64,000 nucleotides of DNA, from contig JAFTNJ010000002.1 of the NCBI GenBank assembly GCA_017451915.1, forward strand, positions 7,357 through 71,356, given 5' to 3'. The notes under the pieces are model-generated. The model saw only the letters and a program-made list of their open reading frames with translations, was not told the DNA's origin and searched no databases. Every line of letters begins with the position of its first letter. Position 1 is the stretch's first letter. Origin of the DNA: Clostridia bacterium. GTDB taxonomy: Bacteria > Bacillota > Clostridia > Oscillospirales > CAG-272. Below are positions 26,847 through 36,691 of the stretch, in pieces. The position numbers and the translations under genes were made by a program.

Positions 26847-28286
26847 TTACGCCTCGTCCTTCCAAATGTTTTCCGGCTTGCCTTGATACTTCTTTTTGAA
26901 GATCCTTCTGCGGAACATATAGACCGTATAGGCCAACCAGAGTACAAAGAAGATTGCACAGGCAATGACGGCGTTGGTTACCGATTGGCTTGCAAAGCTC
27001 AACAAAAAGAGCAGGGGAGCGATCATTACCATGGCGGGGAAATTGGAAAGAATATACAGGCTGGAGGTGGGGGTGCGCAAACCGGGATCGATCTCCTTCA
27101 TCAGGATCATACCGTTGGAGGCGGTACCGGTCATGGTGCCAAAGCACATCAGGAAAAACTCGTGCTCAAAGCCCTTAAAGCATTCCTTTGCAACCATACG
27201 GATGTAGATGTAGGTGATCAGGGTGCCCACCAGGCTCAGGATCACAATGGGAAGAATGTAGTTCTTGATGTCGTTGATCTCAATGGCGGCGACGCCCGCA
27301 ACGATCATCAGGTCAAAGGAGAAGCCGGAGATGCGATCCATTTGATAATTGTTGATGTATTCCCGATGCATCAGGTTGCCGCGGCGGAGATGCTTGACCA
27401 CAAAGCGGATCAGCATGGCCGCGAGAGACGCCCACAGGAAGTTGAAGCCCCAGGCAATGCTGTTGGTAAAGGCCGAAAGCTTGCCCAGCAGGAACATCAA
27501 ACCAAAGGACAGGGCATACGCCAGAGCCACAAAGCCTACCTGGATGGTGAACTTATCCACCGACTCATTGTCGGGGATCTCGGCACCGCTGGGATTGGTT
27601 TGATCCACGATCTCCTGGGAGGGATTGGATTTACGAACGTAGAGGTTTCCTCTTTTTTTGTGAATGTTGATATACAGCACACCAAAGATCGATGCCACCA
27701 CAAAGCCAATGGAGGCCAGGGAAAGGCCAAAGCTGCCGTTTCCTGCAAACTGGGTGGCAGGGGTGTTGGTAAAGTTGATGTCCCAGCTCAGAGCGTTTCC
27801 GGGGCCCTGACCAAAGGCCAGAGGCAGGATCAGACCGCAGATGTAGGAAACTACCTTTTCCCCGTGTTGGGTCAGGAAAAACAGGATCAGAGTAATGCCA
27901 AGACCAACAAAGGCCTGGAGCATATAGGAGCCGCCCTGCAGCGCGCCAAACTCCACCACCTGGGAGCGGTTGGTCTTATGGGTGCTTTTTTCGGTCTTCA
28001 AGGACATGGCGGCAAAGCCGATGGCCAGGCAATGGTAGGTGATCACCTGCATCAGGCGATTGTCCACCAGGGTAAAATCAAACTGCTTGCAGATGACGTC
28101 TACCGCCAGCAGCAGTCCTCCGCCCAGCAGCGCAGAGGGAATCAGGCATTTTCGGAACAGGGGGATCATACGGCGCAGAATGTTACCCAGCATCAGGAAC
28201 AGCAAAAGCAGTCCCAGTTGAACCATAAAGCCCCACACGGCGTCGTAGTTTGCCAGGGTAAAGTCCCAGCTTGATACGTGATCCAT
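26847..28286 (-). CDS. sodium/glutamate symporter family (GltS-like) transporter
   Basis: ORF 26847..28331 trimmed to the ATG after GGAGG (MDHVSSWDF...). Polytopic, with a GltS-like N-terminus. Confidence 0.55.
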   Translation of the reverse strand: MDHVSSWDFTLANYDAVWGFMVQLGLLLLFLMLGNILRRMIPLFRKCLIPSALLGGGLLLAVDVICKQFDFTLVDNRLMQVITYHCLAIGFAAMSLKTEKSTHKTNRSQVVEFGALQGGSYMLQAFVGLGITLILFFLTQHGEKVVSYICGLILPLAFGQGPGNALSWDINFTNTPATQFAGNGSFGLSLASIGFVVASIFGVLYINIHKKRGNLYVRKSNPSQEIVDQTNPSGAEIPDNESVDKFTIQVGFVALAYALSFGLMFLLGKLSAFTNSIAWGFNFLWASLAAMLIRFVVKHLRRGNLMHREYINNYQMDRISGFSFDLMIVAGVAAIEINDIKNYILPIVILSLVGTLITYIYIRMVAKECFKGFEHEFFLMCFGTMTGTASNGMILMKEIDPGLRTPTSSLYILSNFPAMVMIAPLLFLLSFASQSVTNAVIACAIFFVLWLAYTVYMFRRRIFKKKYQGKPENIWKDEA

Positions 28287-28512
28287 AAAGAATATCCTCC
28301 GTTTTTTAGAATTCGGAACGTGATTTTTCAACCCCTACGGTGAAAAACCTGCCAAACGGCGTGTTCATTATACCACAAAAAGGGACTTTTGTCAACTTTT
28401 TTTAACATTCCCCTTGCAGAAGGGGGCTTTTCTCCCGTAGCAAGGTGCTTTGGAACGGTGTCCATCGCGTCCAACGTGTCGTTAAAAATCATTCGATTGG
28501 CCTTTTGAACGC

Positions 28513-28541
28513 TTGAAAAATTCACAAAATCGTGCTATAAT
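28513..28541 (+). promoter_or_regulatory. sigma-A-type promoter, about 210 nt upstream of the next CDS
   Basis: TTGAAA 28513-18, 17 nt, TATAAT 28536-41. Confidence 0.6.
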
Positions 28542-28757
28542 AACCCGTTGATACCTCGGAAATTGCAAAGGCGATCCCGTGCAATACAGGAAGATCCAGG
28601 GCGCCGGGCCGTGGAATTTTCCTTACCGTTCCTGTCCGGCGTGTGCGCGGCAGATACACGGTACAGACGAAAAAGATCGCCGAAGCAACCGGCATCCGAA
28701 GCTATCAAAGTCATGCCGGACGACTTGCCCGACAGAAAAGGTCGTTAATAAGTGCGT

Positions 28758-29936
28758 ATGAAAGAAACACATGAATTTTTAATTCCCGATTATTATTCCA
28801 AATTTTCCTGCAAGATGGGAGCCTGTCGCGCCGCCTGCTGTGTCGGCTGGCCTATTTCCATCTCAATGACGAACTATTTTTATCTGCTGGGACTTGACTG
28901 TAAAAAGGATCTGCGTGGCCGTCTGGACTGCGGACTGCGCGTGATAGACCATCCAACCGAGGAGGAATACGCCCGCTTTGAACCGCGGTATGACGGAAAC
29001 TGTCCCTTGCGTATGCAGGATGGGCGTTGTGCGCTGCACGCCGAGCTTGGCGAGGAGATCCTTCCCGACGTCTGCCGTCTCTATCCCCGCGGCATCCGTG
29101 CGGAGGACGGGATCTATGAGTGCTCCTGTGCCAACAGCTGCGAGGCGGTGCTTGAGCTGTTGCTTGAACAGAAGGAGCCGATCTCCTTTTCCTTCAAGCA
29201 AATGACGGTGCAGACCCCACCTCTGGTTGAGCGAATGTCTTTTTTTGAAACGCTCGGCGTTGAGCAGAGGATCCGTCTGCATCTGGGTTGCATCATGCAG
29301 GATCGTAGCATGACGCTTCCCCGGCGAATGATCTGCATCGGAGATACCCTTGACCGTATGGATCTTGCCTTTGAAGCCAAGGATAAGGCCATGCTTGACC
29401 GTATATTGAGTGAGACGCCAACGCTTGGCCCCGATGCGTTTTCGGAAAAAGACGTGGAATCCAAGCATTTGGAGTTCGGACTGCAGATCGTTGAGCAGAT
29501 GATTGCGATTCTGGACGGGCGAAGCCAAAGCATTCGCGCTTGTGGAGAGGCGGCACTTTCCTATTTTGGAGAGGGGGAATCTGCCATTGTCCGGTATCGC
29601 GAGGCGAGGTCACATTTCGAGGATATCCTGCCCGATTGGGAGATCTTTTACGAGCATATGCTGGTCAATCATATGTTCTTTTCACGCTTTCCCTTTCAGG
29701 ACAGACCCGAAAGCATGCACAGCGAGTATGTGGCACTTTGCGCCGTCTACGCGATCCTGCGGTTCCTCGGCCTTGGATGCATGGCGGAGAGCAAAGAGAA
29801 GGAGGCTTTGATTGACGGTATGGCGGCGACCTTCCGACTCATCGAGCACACCGAATTTGACCGTTTTGCCTCCCATCTGCTGGGAAGGCTTGGCTGTACG
29901 GCAAAAGAACGTCTTTACGATCTGATGCTTCTGTAA
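28758..29936 (+). CDS. FliB-like cysteine-cluster protein (flagellin lysine-N-methylase / YkgJ-type family)
   Basis: N-terminal FSCKMGACRAACCVGWPISI, later GNCPLRMQDGRCALH and CRLYPR. The start is ATG 28758 or GTG 28752. Confidence 0.6.
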   Translation: MKETHEFLIPDYYSKFSCKMGACRAACCVGWPISISMTNYFYLLGLDCKKDLRGRLDCGLRVIDHPTEEEYARFEPRYDGNCPLRMQDGRCALHAELGEEILPDVCRLYPRGIRAEDGIYECSCANSCEAVLELLLEQKEPISFSFKQMTVQTPPLVERMSFFETLGVEQRIRLHLGCIMQDRSMTLPRRMICIGDTLDRMDLAFEAKDKAMLDRILSETPTLGPDAFSEKDVESKHLEFGLQIVEQMIAILDGRSQSIRACGEAALSYFGEGESAIVRYREARSHFEDILPDWEIFYEHMLVNHMFFSRFPFQDRPESMHSEYVALCAVYAILRFLGLGCMAESKEKEALIDGMAATFRLIEHTEFDRFASHLLGRLGCTAKERLYDLMLL

Positions 29937-30021
29937 CGCATATGAACAACCAAATTTTCCATAAAAAACAAAGCAAACGTCGGGAAAATGTGAAAAAAAT
30001 ATGAATTTTTTTGTCAACCTA

Positions 30022-30050
30022 TTGACATCAGCACTTTAACGTGATAAAAT
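30022..30050 (+). promoter_or_regulatory. promoter of the ilv-leu operon
   Basis: TTGACA 30022-27, 17 nt, TAAAAT 30045-50. Confidence 0.7.
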
Positions 30051-30076
30051 GCTACCAAAATTTAATAGCAACAAAA

Positions 30077-30536
30077 GCTGTGACGAAGAATGGTCAAGAT
30101 GCAAACGCATTTCAGAGAGCCGATGGGTGGTGTGAATCGGTATGTAACGATCTTGTCCTCTCCCTTCTGAGCCGGAAGCCTGAAGCAAACGTGTGTAGGG
30201 CGACCCGTGTATGCTACGTCAGTGCATAGAGGTTGATGGACTTCGAAATCAAAGGCGTTGATGAAGACGGAAACTGCAACGATTTTCACAGAGAGTCGGG
30301 GATGGTGTGATCCCGATAAAGGACTGTAGATTTCTTATCCCTTCTGAGCCGGAAGCCCCAAAGGTGTAAGCACCCAGTAGGCGCTCCCCGTGTATGCTAC
30401 GTTAGTGCATAGAAGTTGATGGACTTCGAAGAGGTGGCGGAATATTTGTATCCGCAATTTGAGTGGTACCGCGAGTGTTTTATCAGCACCCGTCTCAAAG
30501 CAAAATTTTTAGGCTTTGAGACGGGTGTTATTTTTT
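30077..30536 (+). promoter_or_regulatory. T-box leader with a tandemly duplicated Stem I to Stem III module
   Basis: AGAGAG bulges at 30114-19 and 30290-95. Distal loops are GGGTGGTGTGA and GATGGTGTGA. The T-box sequence AATTTGAGTGGTACCGCGAG lies at 30456-75. A terminator lies at 30487-30536. Confidence 0.8.
30487..30536 (+). terminator. T-box-controlled intrinsic terminator
   Basis: 15-bp stem CACCCGTCTCAAAGC / GCTTTGAGACGGGTG followed by TTATTTTTT. Its CTCAAA can instead pair with TTTGAG of the T-box to form the antiterminator. Confidence 0.85.
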
Positions 30537-30588
30537 GTCCCGGAGCCGCCATATCATCAAACAGATCTTATGAAAGGCGGAGATTGTT

Positions 30589-31779
30589 ATGTTATCCCTC
30601 GATAAAGTATTCAATGCGCAAACGGTTCTAAGGAACCTCGTTCGTGAAACAAAGTTGGTAAGAGCTTACGGAATTGCCCCCGATTGTGAGCTCTATTTAA
30701 AGCCCGAAAACCTGCAGATTACCGGTTCCTTTAAGGTTCGGGGATCCGCATATAAAATTGCGATGCTGACCGACGAGGAAAAGAAAAAGGGCGTGATTGC
30801 CTGTTCCGCCGGAAACCATGCGCAAGGCGTGGCTCTTGCGGCAACCCAAAATGGGATCAAGTCCTTGATTTGTCTACCCGACAGCGCACCCATCTCCAAG
30901 GTGGAGGCCACCAAGGGATACGGCGCGGAGGTGTGCCTTGTGGAAGGCTGCTACGATGATGCCTACCAAAAAGCACTCGAGCTTCGTGACCGAGAGGGAT
31001 ATACCTTCGTTCATCCCTTTGACGATGAAAACGTCATCGCGGGGCAGGGCACGATTGCCCTTGAAATTCTGAACGAGCTGGACAACATCGACGCCATCGT
31101 CGTTCCCATCGGCGGCGGGGGACTGATTTCCGGCATTGCCTATACCGCAAAGCAGATCAGACCCTCCATTCGGATTTACGGTGTGCAGGTGGCGGGGGCT
31201 CCCAGCATGTACAACTCGGTCAAGGACGGAGAGATCGAGTGCCTGTCCTCGGTTTCCACCATCGCGGACGGTATTGCGGTCAAGAAGCCCGGCGAAAACA
31301 CCTACGCTCTCGTAAAGGAATACGTGGATGAGATCGCCCTTGTGACCGACGATGAGGTCTCCTCCGCGATTCTGGCACTCATCGAAAAGCAAAAAATGAT
31401 TGCCGAGGGCGCGGGAGCCACGGCGGTGGCGGCGGTGATGTTTGATAAATTCCATTTGAAGGGCAAACGGGTGGTTGCCGTGGTATCGGGCGGGAACATC
31501 GACGTTACAAGCCTTTCCCGTGTGATCGATCGCGGACTTCTCAAATCGGGACGCTCCTCAAGCCTTCTCATCGAGCTGATCGACAAGCCCGGACAGCTCA
31601 AGGAGATCTCCCGCATCATTGCCGATTGCGGCGGGAACGTCACCGGTGTGCATTATGAAAAGGGCGATACCGAGAGCGTCAACGGCTGTTTCCTCCGTAT
31701 TGAAATGGAAACAAGGGATTTTGAACACGTCAACCTCATTACCCAAACGCTTCGTGCCGAGGGATTCAAATTGGTGTAA
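30589..31779 (+). CDS. ilvA: threonine ammonia-lyase (threonine dehydratase)
   Basis: PLP lysine motif GSFKVRG, SAGNHAQGVA, and a C-terminal ACT-like domain. Confidence 0.85.
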   Translation: MLSLDKVFNAQTVLRNLVRETKLVRAYGIAPDCELYLKPENLQITGSFKVRGSAYKIAMLTDEEKKKGVIACSAGNHAQGVALAATQNGIKSLICLPDSAPISKVEATKGYGAEVCLVEGCYDDAYQKALELRDREGYTFVHPFDDENVIAGQGTIALEILNELDNIDAIVVPIGGGGLISGIAYTAKQIRPSIRIYGVQVAGAPSMYNSVKDGEIECLSSVSTIADGIAVKKPGENTYALVKEYVDEIALVTDDEVSSAILALIEKQKMIAEGAGATAVAAVMFDKFHLKGKRVVAVVSGGNIDVTSLSRVIDRGLLKSGRSSSLLIELIDKPGQLKEISRIIADCGGNVTGVHYEKGDTESVNGCFLRIEMETRDFEHVNLITQTLRAEGFKLV

Positions 31780-31807
31780 TGGTGTAATTTTGAAGGGAGT
31801 TAAAGTT

Positions 31808-32185
31808 ATGAGTAATCAAATTCAAACAAACAAAGCACCGGCGGCAATTGGCCCCTACTCGCAAGCAGTCGTTGTAGGCAATCTCATTTTTACCTCCGGA
31901 CAAATTCCGCTCCATCCCGAAACGGGAATTTTGGAGGGGAATAACATCACCGAGCAAACACACAGAGTTTGCAAAAATTTGGAGGCCGTTCTGATCGCCT
32001 CGGGTTCCTCTCCTGCCAAAGCGATCAAGACCACCTGCTTTTTGAGTGATATGGCGGATTTCGCCGCATTTAATGAAGTATACGCGCAGTATTTTACCGA
32101 AAAGCCCGCCAGAAGCTGTGTGGCGGTAAAGGATCTTCCCAAAGGCGCTCTTGTCGAGGTGGAAGTCATTGCAGAAAAGGAGTAA
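31808..32185 (+). CDS. ridA: RidA-family enamine/imine deaminase
   Basis: Inner part of ORF 31619..32185, starting at ATG 31808 after GGGAG. Motifs APAAIGPYSQA, GQIP and ARSCVAVKDLPKGALVEVE. Confidence 0.9.
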   Translation: MSNQIQTNKAPAAIGPYSQAVVVGNLIFTSGQIPLHPETGILEGNNITEQTHRVCKNLEAVLIASGSSPAKAIKTTCFLSDMADFAAFNEVYAQYFTEKPARSCVAVKDLPKGALVEVEVIAEKE

Positions 32186-32191
32186 GACGTG

Positions 32192-33865
32192 ATGATGGAT
32201 GCAAGTAAATACCGAGTGGGATATTTTCCCGTTGGCAAAGAATATAACAAGTGGGTCACCAAGGACCACATTCAAAAGCCACCCGCGTGGTGCTCGGTGG
32301 ATATGCGCGATGGCAACCAGAGCCTGATCATTCCCATGAGCCTTGAAGAAAAATTGGAATATTATAAGATGCTTCTTGAGGTTGGATTCAAGGAGATCGA
32401 AGTTGGTTTTCCTGCCGCAAGCGAAACCGAATATGAGTTTCTCCGCACGCTGATCGATAACAGGATGATTCCCGAGGACGTGACCGTTCAGGTGCTGACA
32501 CAATGCCGTGAGCATATCATCCGAAAGACCTTTGATGCCTGCAAGGGCGCGCCCAGCGCAATCATTCACTTTTACAATTCGGTCAGCGTAGCCCAGCGCG
32601 AGCAGGTGTTCAGAAAATCCAAGGATGAAATCAAGCAGATCGCCGTAGACGGCGCAAGGCTCGTCAAAAAGCTGGCCTCGGAATATGAAGGGGACTTCCG
32701 ATTCGAATATTCCCCCGAGTCCTTTACGGGTACAGAGCCCGAATATGCTTTGGAGGTCTGCAACGCGGTTCTTGACGTGCTGGAACCAAGCGAGACCAAC
32801 AACGTGATTATCAATCTTCCCGTGACTGTGGAAATGAGCCTCCCTCACGTGTACGCCTCGCAAGTGGAGTATATGAGCGAAAACCTCAAATACCGCAAAT
32901 TTGTAACCCTTTCTTTGCATCCTCACAACGACAGAGGTACGGGTGTTGCCGATACCGAGCTGGCTCTTTTGGCGGGTGCTGACCGTGTAGAGGGGACGCT
33001 GTTTGGCAACGGCGAGCGGACGGGCAACGTGGACGTTATCACGCTGGCAATGAATATGTACTCTCACGGTGTTGATCCCAAGCTCGACCTTTCAAACATG
33101 AACGAGCTTGTAGAAAAATACGAGAAATGCACCCGAATGCACGTCTATGAAAGAGCCCCTTACGCGGGCGCGCTGGTATTTGCGGCGTTTTCGGGCTCCC
33201 ATCAGGACGCGATCGCCAAGGGCATGAAATACCGTACAAAGAACAAGCTCCACGAGTGGAGCGTGCCGTATATTCCCATCGATCCCAAGGATATTGGCAG
33301 AACCTACGATGCCGATGTGATCCGTGTGAACTCTCAAAGCGGTAAGGGCGGCATCGGGTATCTCTTGGAGCAGACCTTTGGATACAATCTTCCCGCCAAA
33401 ATGCGCGAGCACTTCAGCTATCTGTGTAAAAGCGTGTCCGATCACGAGCACAAGGAGCTCAAGCCCGATGAAATTTTGGACATCTTCACCACAAACTATT
33501 TGAATCTTAACAGCGGTATATCGGTAACGGATTTTGACTTTATGCGTGAAAACGACGCAGTAAAAATCAATATTACGTTTCAAAAGAACGGTGAAGAAAC
33601 CGAGCTGGAAGCCGAGGGCAACGGTACGCTGAGTGCTGTGAACAATGCGCTCTGCGAATATACGGGCGAGGAATACACGCTGCAGGTGTTCACCCAGCAC
33701 AGTATGCAGGGCGACGGTTCTCACAGCGTTGCGGCATCCTATATCGGCCTTGAGCGTGAGGACGGCACAATGTATTGGGGTGCGGGTACAGACACCGACG
33801 TGATTACCGCAAGCACCAAAGCGCTGCTGAGCGCATTCCATAATATGATCCAAGGAGGAAACTGA
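32192..33865 (+). CDS. leuA: 2-isopropylmalate synthase (long form)
   Basis: Motifs [12 protein letters not shown] and [11 protein letters not shown] plus a C-terminal regulatory domain. ATG 32192 lies 9 nt after AAGGAG; GTG 32189 is also possible. Confidence 0.9.
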   Translation: MMDASKYRVGYFPVGKEYNKWVTKDHIQKPPAWCSVDMRDGNQSLIIPMSLEEKLEYYKMLLEVGFKEIEVGFPAASETEYEFLRTLIDNRMIPEDVTVQVLTQCREHIIRKTFDACKGAPSAIIHFYNSVSVAQREQVFRKSKDEIKQIAVDGARLVKKLASEYEGDFRFEYSPESFTGTEPEYALEVCNAVLDVLEPSETNNVIINLPVTVEMSLPHVYASQVEYMSENLKYRKFVTLSLHPHNDRGTGVADTELALLAGADRVEGTLFGNGERTGNVDVITLAMNMYSHGVDPKLDLSNMNELVEKYEKCTRMHVYERAPYAGALVFAAFSGSHQDAIAKGMKYRTKNKLHEWSVPYIPIDPKDIGRTYDADVIRVNSQSGKGGIGYLLEQTFGYNLPAKMREHFSYLCKSVSDHEHKELKPDEILDIFTTNYLNLNSGISVTDFDFMRENDAVKINITFQKNGEETELEAEGNGTLSAVNNALCEYTGEEYTLQVFTQHSMQGDGSHSVAASYIGLEREDGTMYWGAGTDTDVITASTKALLSAFHNMIQGGN

Positions 33866-33866
33866 A

Positions 33867-35126
33867 ATGGGAATGACTATGACGCAAAAGATCCTCGCAG
33901 CTCATGCGGGACTGGACAGGGTTGAGGCAGGACAACTGATCTCGGCAAGGCTGGATATGGTTCTCGGGAACGATATTACCACGCCCGTTGCAGTTAATGA
34001 ATTTAAAAAAGCGGGATTTGATTCCGTGTTTGATAAAGACCGCGTGGCCATCGTCCTTGACCACTTTGTTCCCAACAAGGACATCAAGGCGGCGGAGCAA
34101 TCCAAAACCTGCCGTGAATTCGCCTGCGCTCATTGTGTGAGCCACTTTTACGACGTAGGTAAGATGGGCATTGAACACGCGCTTCTTCCCGAGCAGGGTG
34201 TGGTTACCGCAGGCGATTGCATTATCGGTGCGGACAGTCACACTTGCACCTACGGCGCACTCGGCGCGTTCTCCACCGGCGTCGGCTCTACCGATATGGC
34301 GGCAGGCATGGCAACGGGAATGGCGTGGTTCAAGGTGCCCTCGGCGATCAAATTCCATCTGACGGGAACGCTTCCCTCAAATTGCAGCGGCAAGGATGTG
34401 ATCCTTTCCATCATCGGTAAGATCGGTGTGGACGGAGCCCTTTATAAGAGCATGGAATTTGTGGGCGACGGCGCTCACGGACTTTCTATGGATGACAGAC
34501 TTTGCATCTGCAACATGGCAATCGAAGCGGGGGCAAAGAACGGTATTTTTCCCGTAGATGACATAACGCTTGATTATCTGAATGGCCGAAGCGAAAGAGC
34601 CCCCGTTGTTTATGAGGCCGACGCCGACGCGGAATACGAAAAGGTGATCGATATTGACCTTTCAAAAATCGTTCCCACGGTTGCATGTCCCCACCTTCCC
34701 GAAAACACGCGTCCCGCAAGCGAGCTTCACGGTATCAAGGTGGATCAGGTGGTGATCGGCTCCTGTACCAACGGCAGAATGGAGGATATGGAAGCGGCAT
34801 ACAAGATCTTGAACGGTAACAAGGTTGCCAACGGCGTACGTTGTATCATCATTCCCGGTACGATGCAGATTTTGCGCGAGTGCGTAGAGCGTGGATATTA
34901 TACCGCGTTCATTGATGCGGGCGCGGTGGTGTCCACACCTACCTGCGGTCCCTGCCTCGGCGGTTACATGGGCATTCTTGCCGCGGGCGAAAAATGCGTT
35001 GCCACCACCAACCGTAACTTTGTTGGCCGTATGGGGCACGTTGACAGTGAGGTGTACCTTGCCTCTCCCCATACTGCCGCCGCAAGTGCGCTGACCGGCT
35101 ATATCACCGAATACAAGGAGGCGTGA
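33867..35126 (+). CDS. leuC: 3-isopropylmalate dehydratase large subunit
   Basis: Aconitase-type motifs [19 protein letters not shown] and CGPCLG. Confidence 0.9.
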   Translation: MGMTMTQKILAAHAGLDRVEAGQLISARLDMVLGNDITTPVAVNEFKKAGFDSVFDKDRVAIVLDHFVPNKDIKAAEQSKTCREFACAHCVSHFYDVGKMGIEHALLPEQGVVTAGDCIIGADSHTCTYGALGAFSTGVGSTDMAAGMATGMAWFKVPSAIKFHLTGTLPSNCSGKDVILSIIGKIGVDGALYKSMEFVGDGAHGLSMDDRLCICNMAIEAGAKNGIFPVDDITLDYLNGRSERAPVVYEADADAEYEKVIDIDLSKIVPTVACPHLPENTRPASELHGIKVDQVVIGSCTNGRMEDMEAAYKILNGNKVANGVRCIIIPGTMQILRECVERGYYTAFIDAGAVVSTPTCGPCLGGYMGILAAGEKCVATTNRNFVGRMGHVDSEVYLASPHTAAASALTGYITEYKEA

Positions 35127-35128
35127 AC

Positions 35129-35626
35129 ATGAATACACAAGGAAAGGTTTTTAAATATCCCGATAACGTGGACACCGACGTTATCATCCCTGCACGGTAT
35201 CTGAATACCCCCGATGCAAAGGAGCTTGCGTTGCATTGTATGGAGGATATCGACGCTGAATTTGTGAAAAGGGTTCAGACCGGCGACGTGATGGTTGCAG
35301 GATGGAATTTTGGCTGCGGCTCGTCCCGTGAGCACGCACCGCTTGTGATCAAGACCTGCGGTACGGGGTGTGTGATTGCAAAGAGCTTTGCCCGTATTTT
35401 CTACCGCAATGCCATCAACATCGGACTTCCCATTTTGGAGTGCGAAGAAGCGGCCGAAGAGATCCGTGGGGGGGATGCGGTCAAGGTGGATTTTGATACG
35501 GGTGTCATTACCAACGTAACTACGGGAAAGACCTATCAGGCACAGCCTTTTCCGCTGTTCATTCAGAACATCATTCAATGCGGCGGACTGCTTAAATCTT
35601 TGAAAGAAGGCGAAAACAATGGTTAA
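35129..35626 (+). CDS. leuD: 3-isopropylmalate dehydratase small subunit
   Basis: ATG 35129 lies 8 nt after AGGAGG. Motif [11 protein letters not shown]. Confidence 0.9.
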   Translation: MNTQGKVFKYPDNVDTDVIIPARYLNTPDAKELALHCMEDIDAEFVKRVQTGDVMVAGWNFGCGSSREHAPLVIKTCGTGCVIAKSFARIFYRNAINIGLPILECEEAAEEIRGGDAVKVDFDTGVITNVTTGKTYQAQPFPLFIQNIIQCGGLLKSLKEGENNG

Positions 35627-36686
35627 AAATATCGCAGTGATCCGCGGTGACGGCATCGGCCCCGAGATCGTTGAACAAGCCCTGCACGTGCTTGATAGGG
35701 TTGCCGCACTGTACGGTCACACCTTCAACTATACCGATGTGGATATGGGTGGATGCGCCATTGATAAATACGGCGATCCGTTGCCCGAAAGTGAACTAAA
35801 AAAATGCATCGAATCGGACAGCGTTTTGCTGGGAGCTGTGGGAGGGAACAAATGGAACGACGTGCCCGGCCATATGCGACCCGAAAAAGGACTTCTTCGC
35901 CTCCGCGCGGGAATGGGCGTTTACTCCAACAACCGTCCCGCAAAGATCTGGAAACAGCTTGCGGATGCCTCTCCGCTGAAAAAGGAAATTGTTGATAAAG
36001 GCATCGATTTTATCATTGTTCGCGAGCTGATCGGGGGCATCTACTTTGGAGAGCACAAAACCGAAGGGGACGTTGCTACCGACGTTTTGACCTACAGCGA
36101 GGCCGAAATCGAGCGGATCGGAAGGATCGGCTTTGAAACGGCACAAAAGAGAAACAAAAAGCTTTGCTCGGTAGAAAAGAGTAACGTTCTCGATTCCAGC
36201 CGCCTTTGGAAGAAGGTGATGCACCGACTCGCCGACGAATATCCCGACGTTGAGCTTTCGGATATGCTTGTTGACAACTGTGCGATGCAGATCGTCAAAA
36301 ATCCCGCGCAGTTTGACGTTATCGTCACCGAGAATATGTTTGGCGACATCCTTTCGGATGAGGCATCGATGATTACAGGCTCTATCGGTATGATCCCTTC
36401 GTCAAGCCTTGGCGCAACTACCTGCGGACTGTATGAGCCGATCCACGGTTCCGCTCCCGATATTGCGGGGCAGGATAAAGCGAACCCCATTGGTACAATC
36501 CTCTCGGCCGCTATGATGCTTCGCTTCAGCTTTGATATGCGTGATGAGGCGGATGCCATCGAAAATGCCGTTTCCGCGTATCTTGACGCAGGGTATCGCA
36601 CCGCCGATATTATGAGCGAGGGAGAAAGCCTCGTTGGCTGTCGTCGGTGCGGCGAGCTGATTGTTGAAAATTTAAGAAAGGGGTGA
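35619..36686 (+). CDS. leuB: 3-isopropylmalate dehydrogenase
   Basis: Motifs [30 protein letters not shown] and GSAPDIAG. Confidence 0.9.
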   Translation: MVKNIAVIRGDGIGPEIVEQALHVLDRVAALYGHTFNYTDVDMGGCAIDKYGDPLPESELKKCIESDSVLLGAVGGNKWNDVPGHMRPEKGLLRLRAGMGVYSNNRPAKIWKQLADASPLKKEIVDKGIDFIIVRELIGGIYFGEHKTEGDVATDVLTYSEAEIERIGRIGFETAQKRNKKLCSVEKSNVLDSSRLWKKVMHRLADEYPDVELSDMLVDNCAMQIVKNPAQFDVIVTENMFGDILSDEASMITGSIGMIPSSSLGATTCGLYEPIHGSAPDIAGQDKANPIGTILSAAMMLRFSFDMRDEADAIENAVSAYLDAGYRTADIMSEGESLVGCRRCGELIVENLRKG

Positions 36687-36691
36687 GGAAT

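Noticed and set aside
28548-28757. c-di-GMP, cobalamin or ZTP riboswitch, or small ORFs 28548..28748 and 28579..28761, in the leader of the FliB-like gene.
   Set aside because: None of the consensus cores I know (GEMM ACGCACAGGGCAAA/GGGACGCAAAGCC, the B12 box, the ZTP CCGCCTGGGC) is present. The ORFs are Arg-rich with no RBS. The leader is kept only as an unclassified structured leader.
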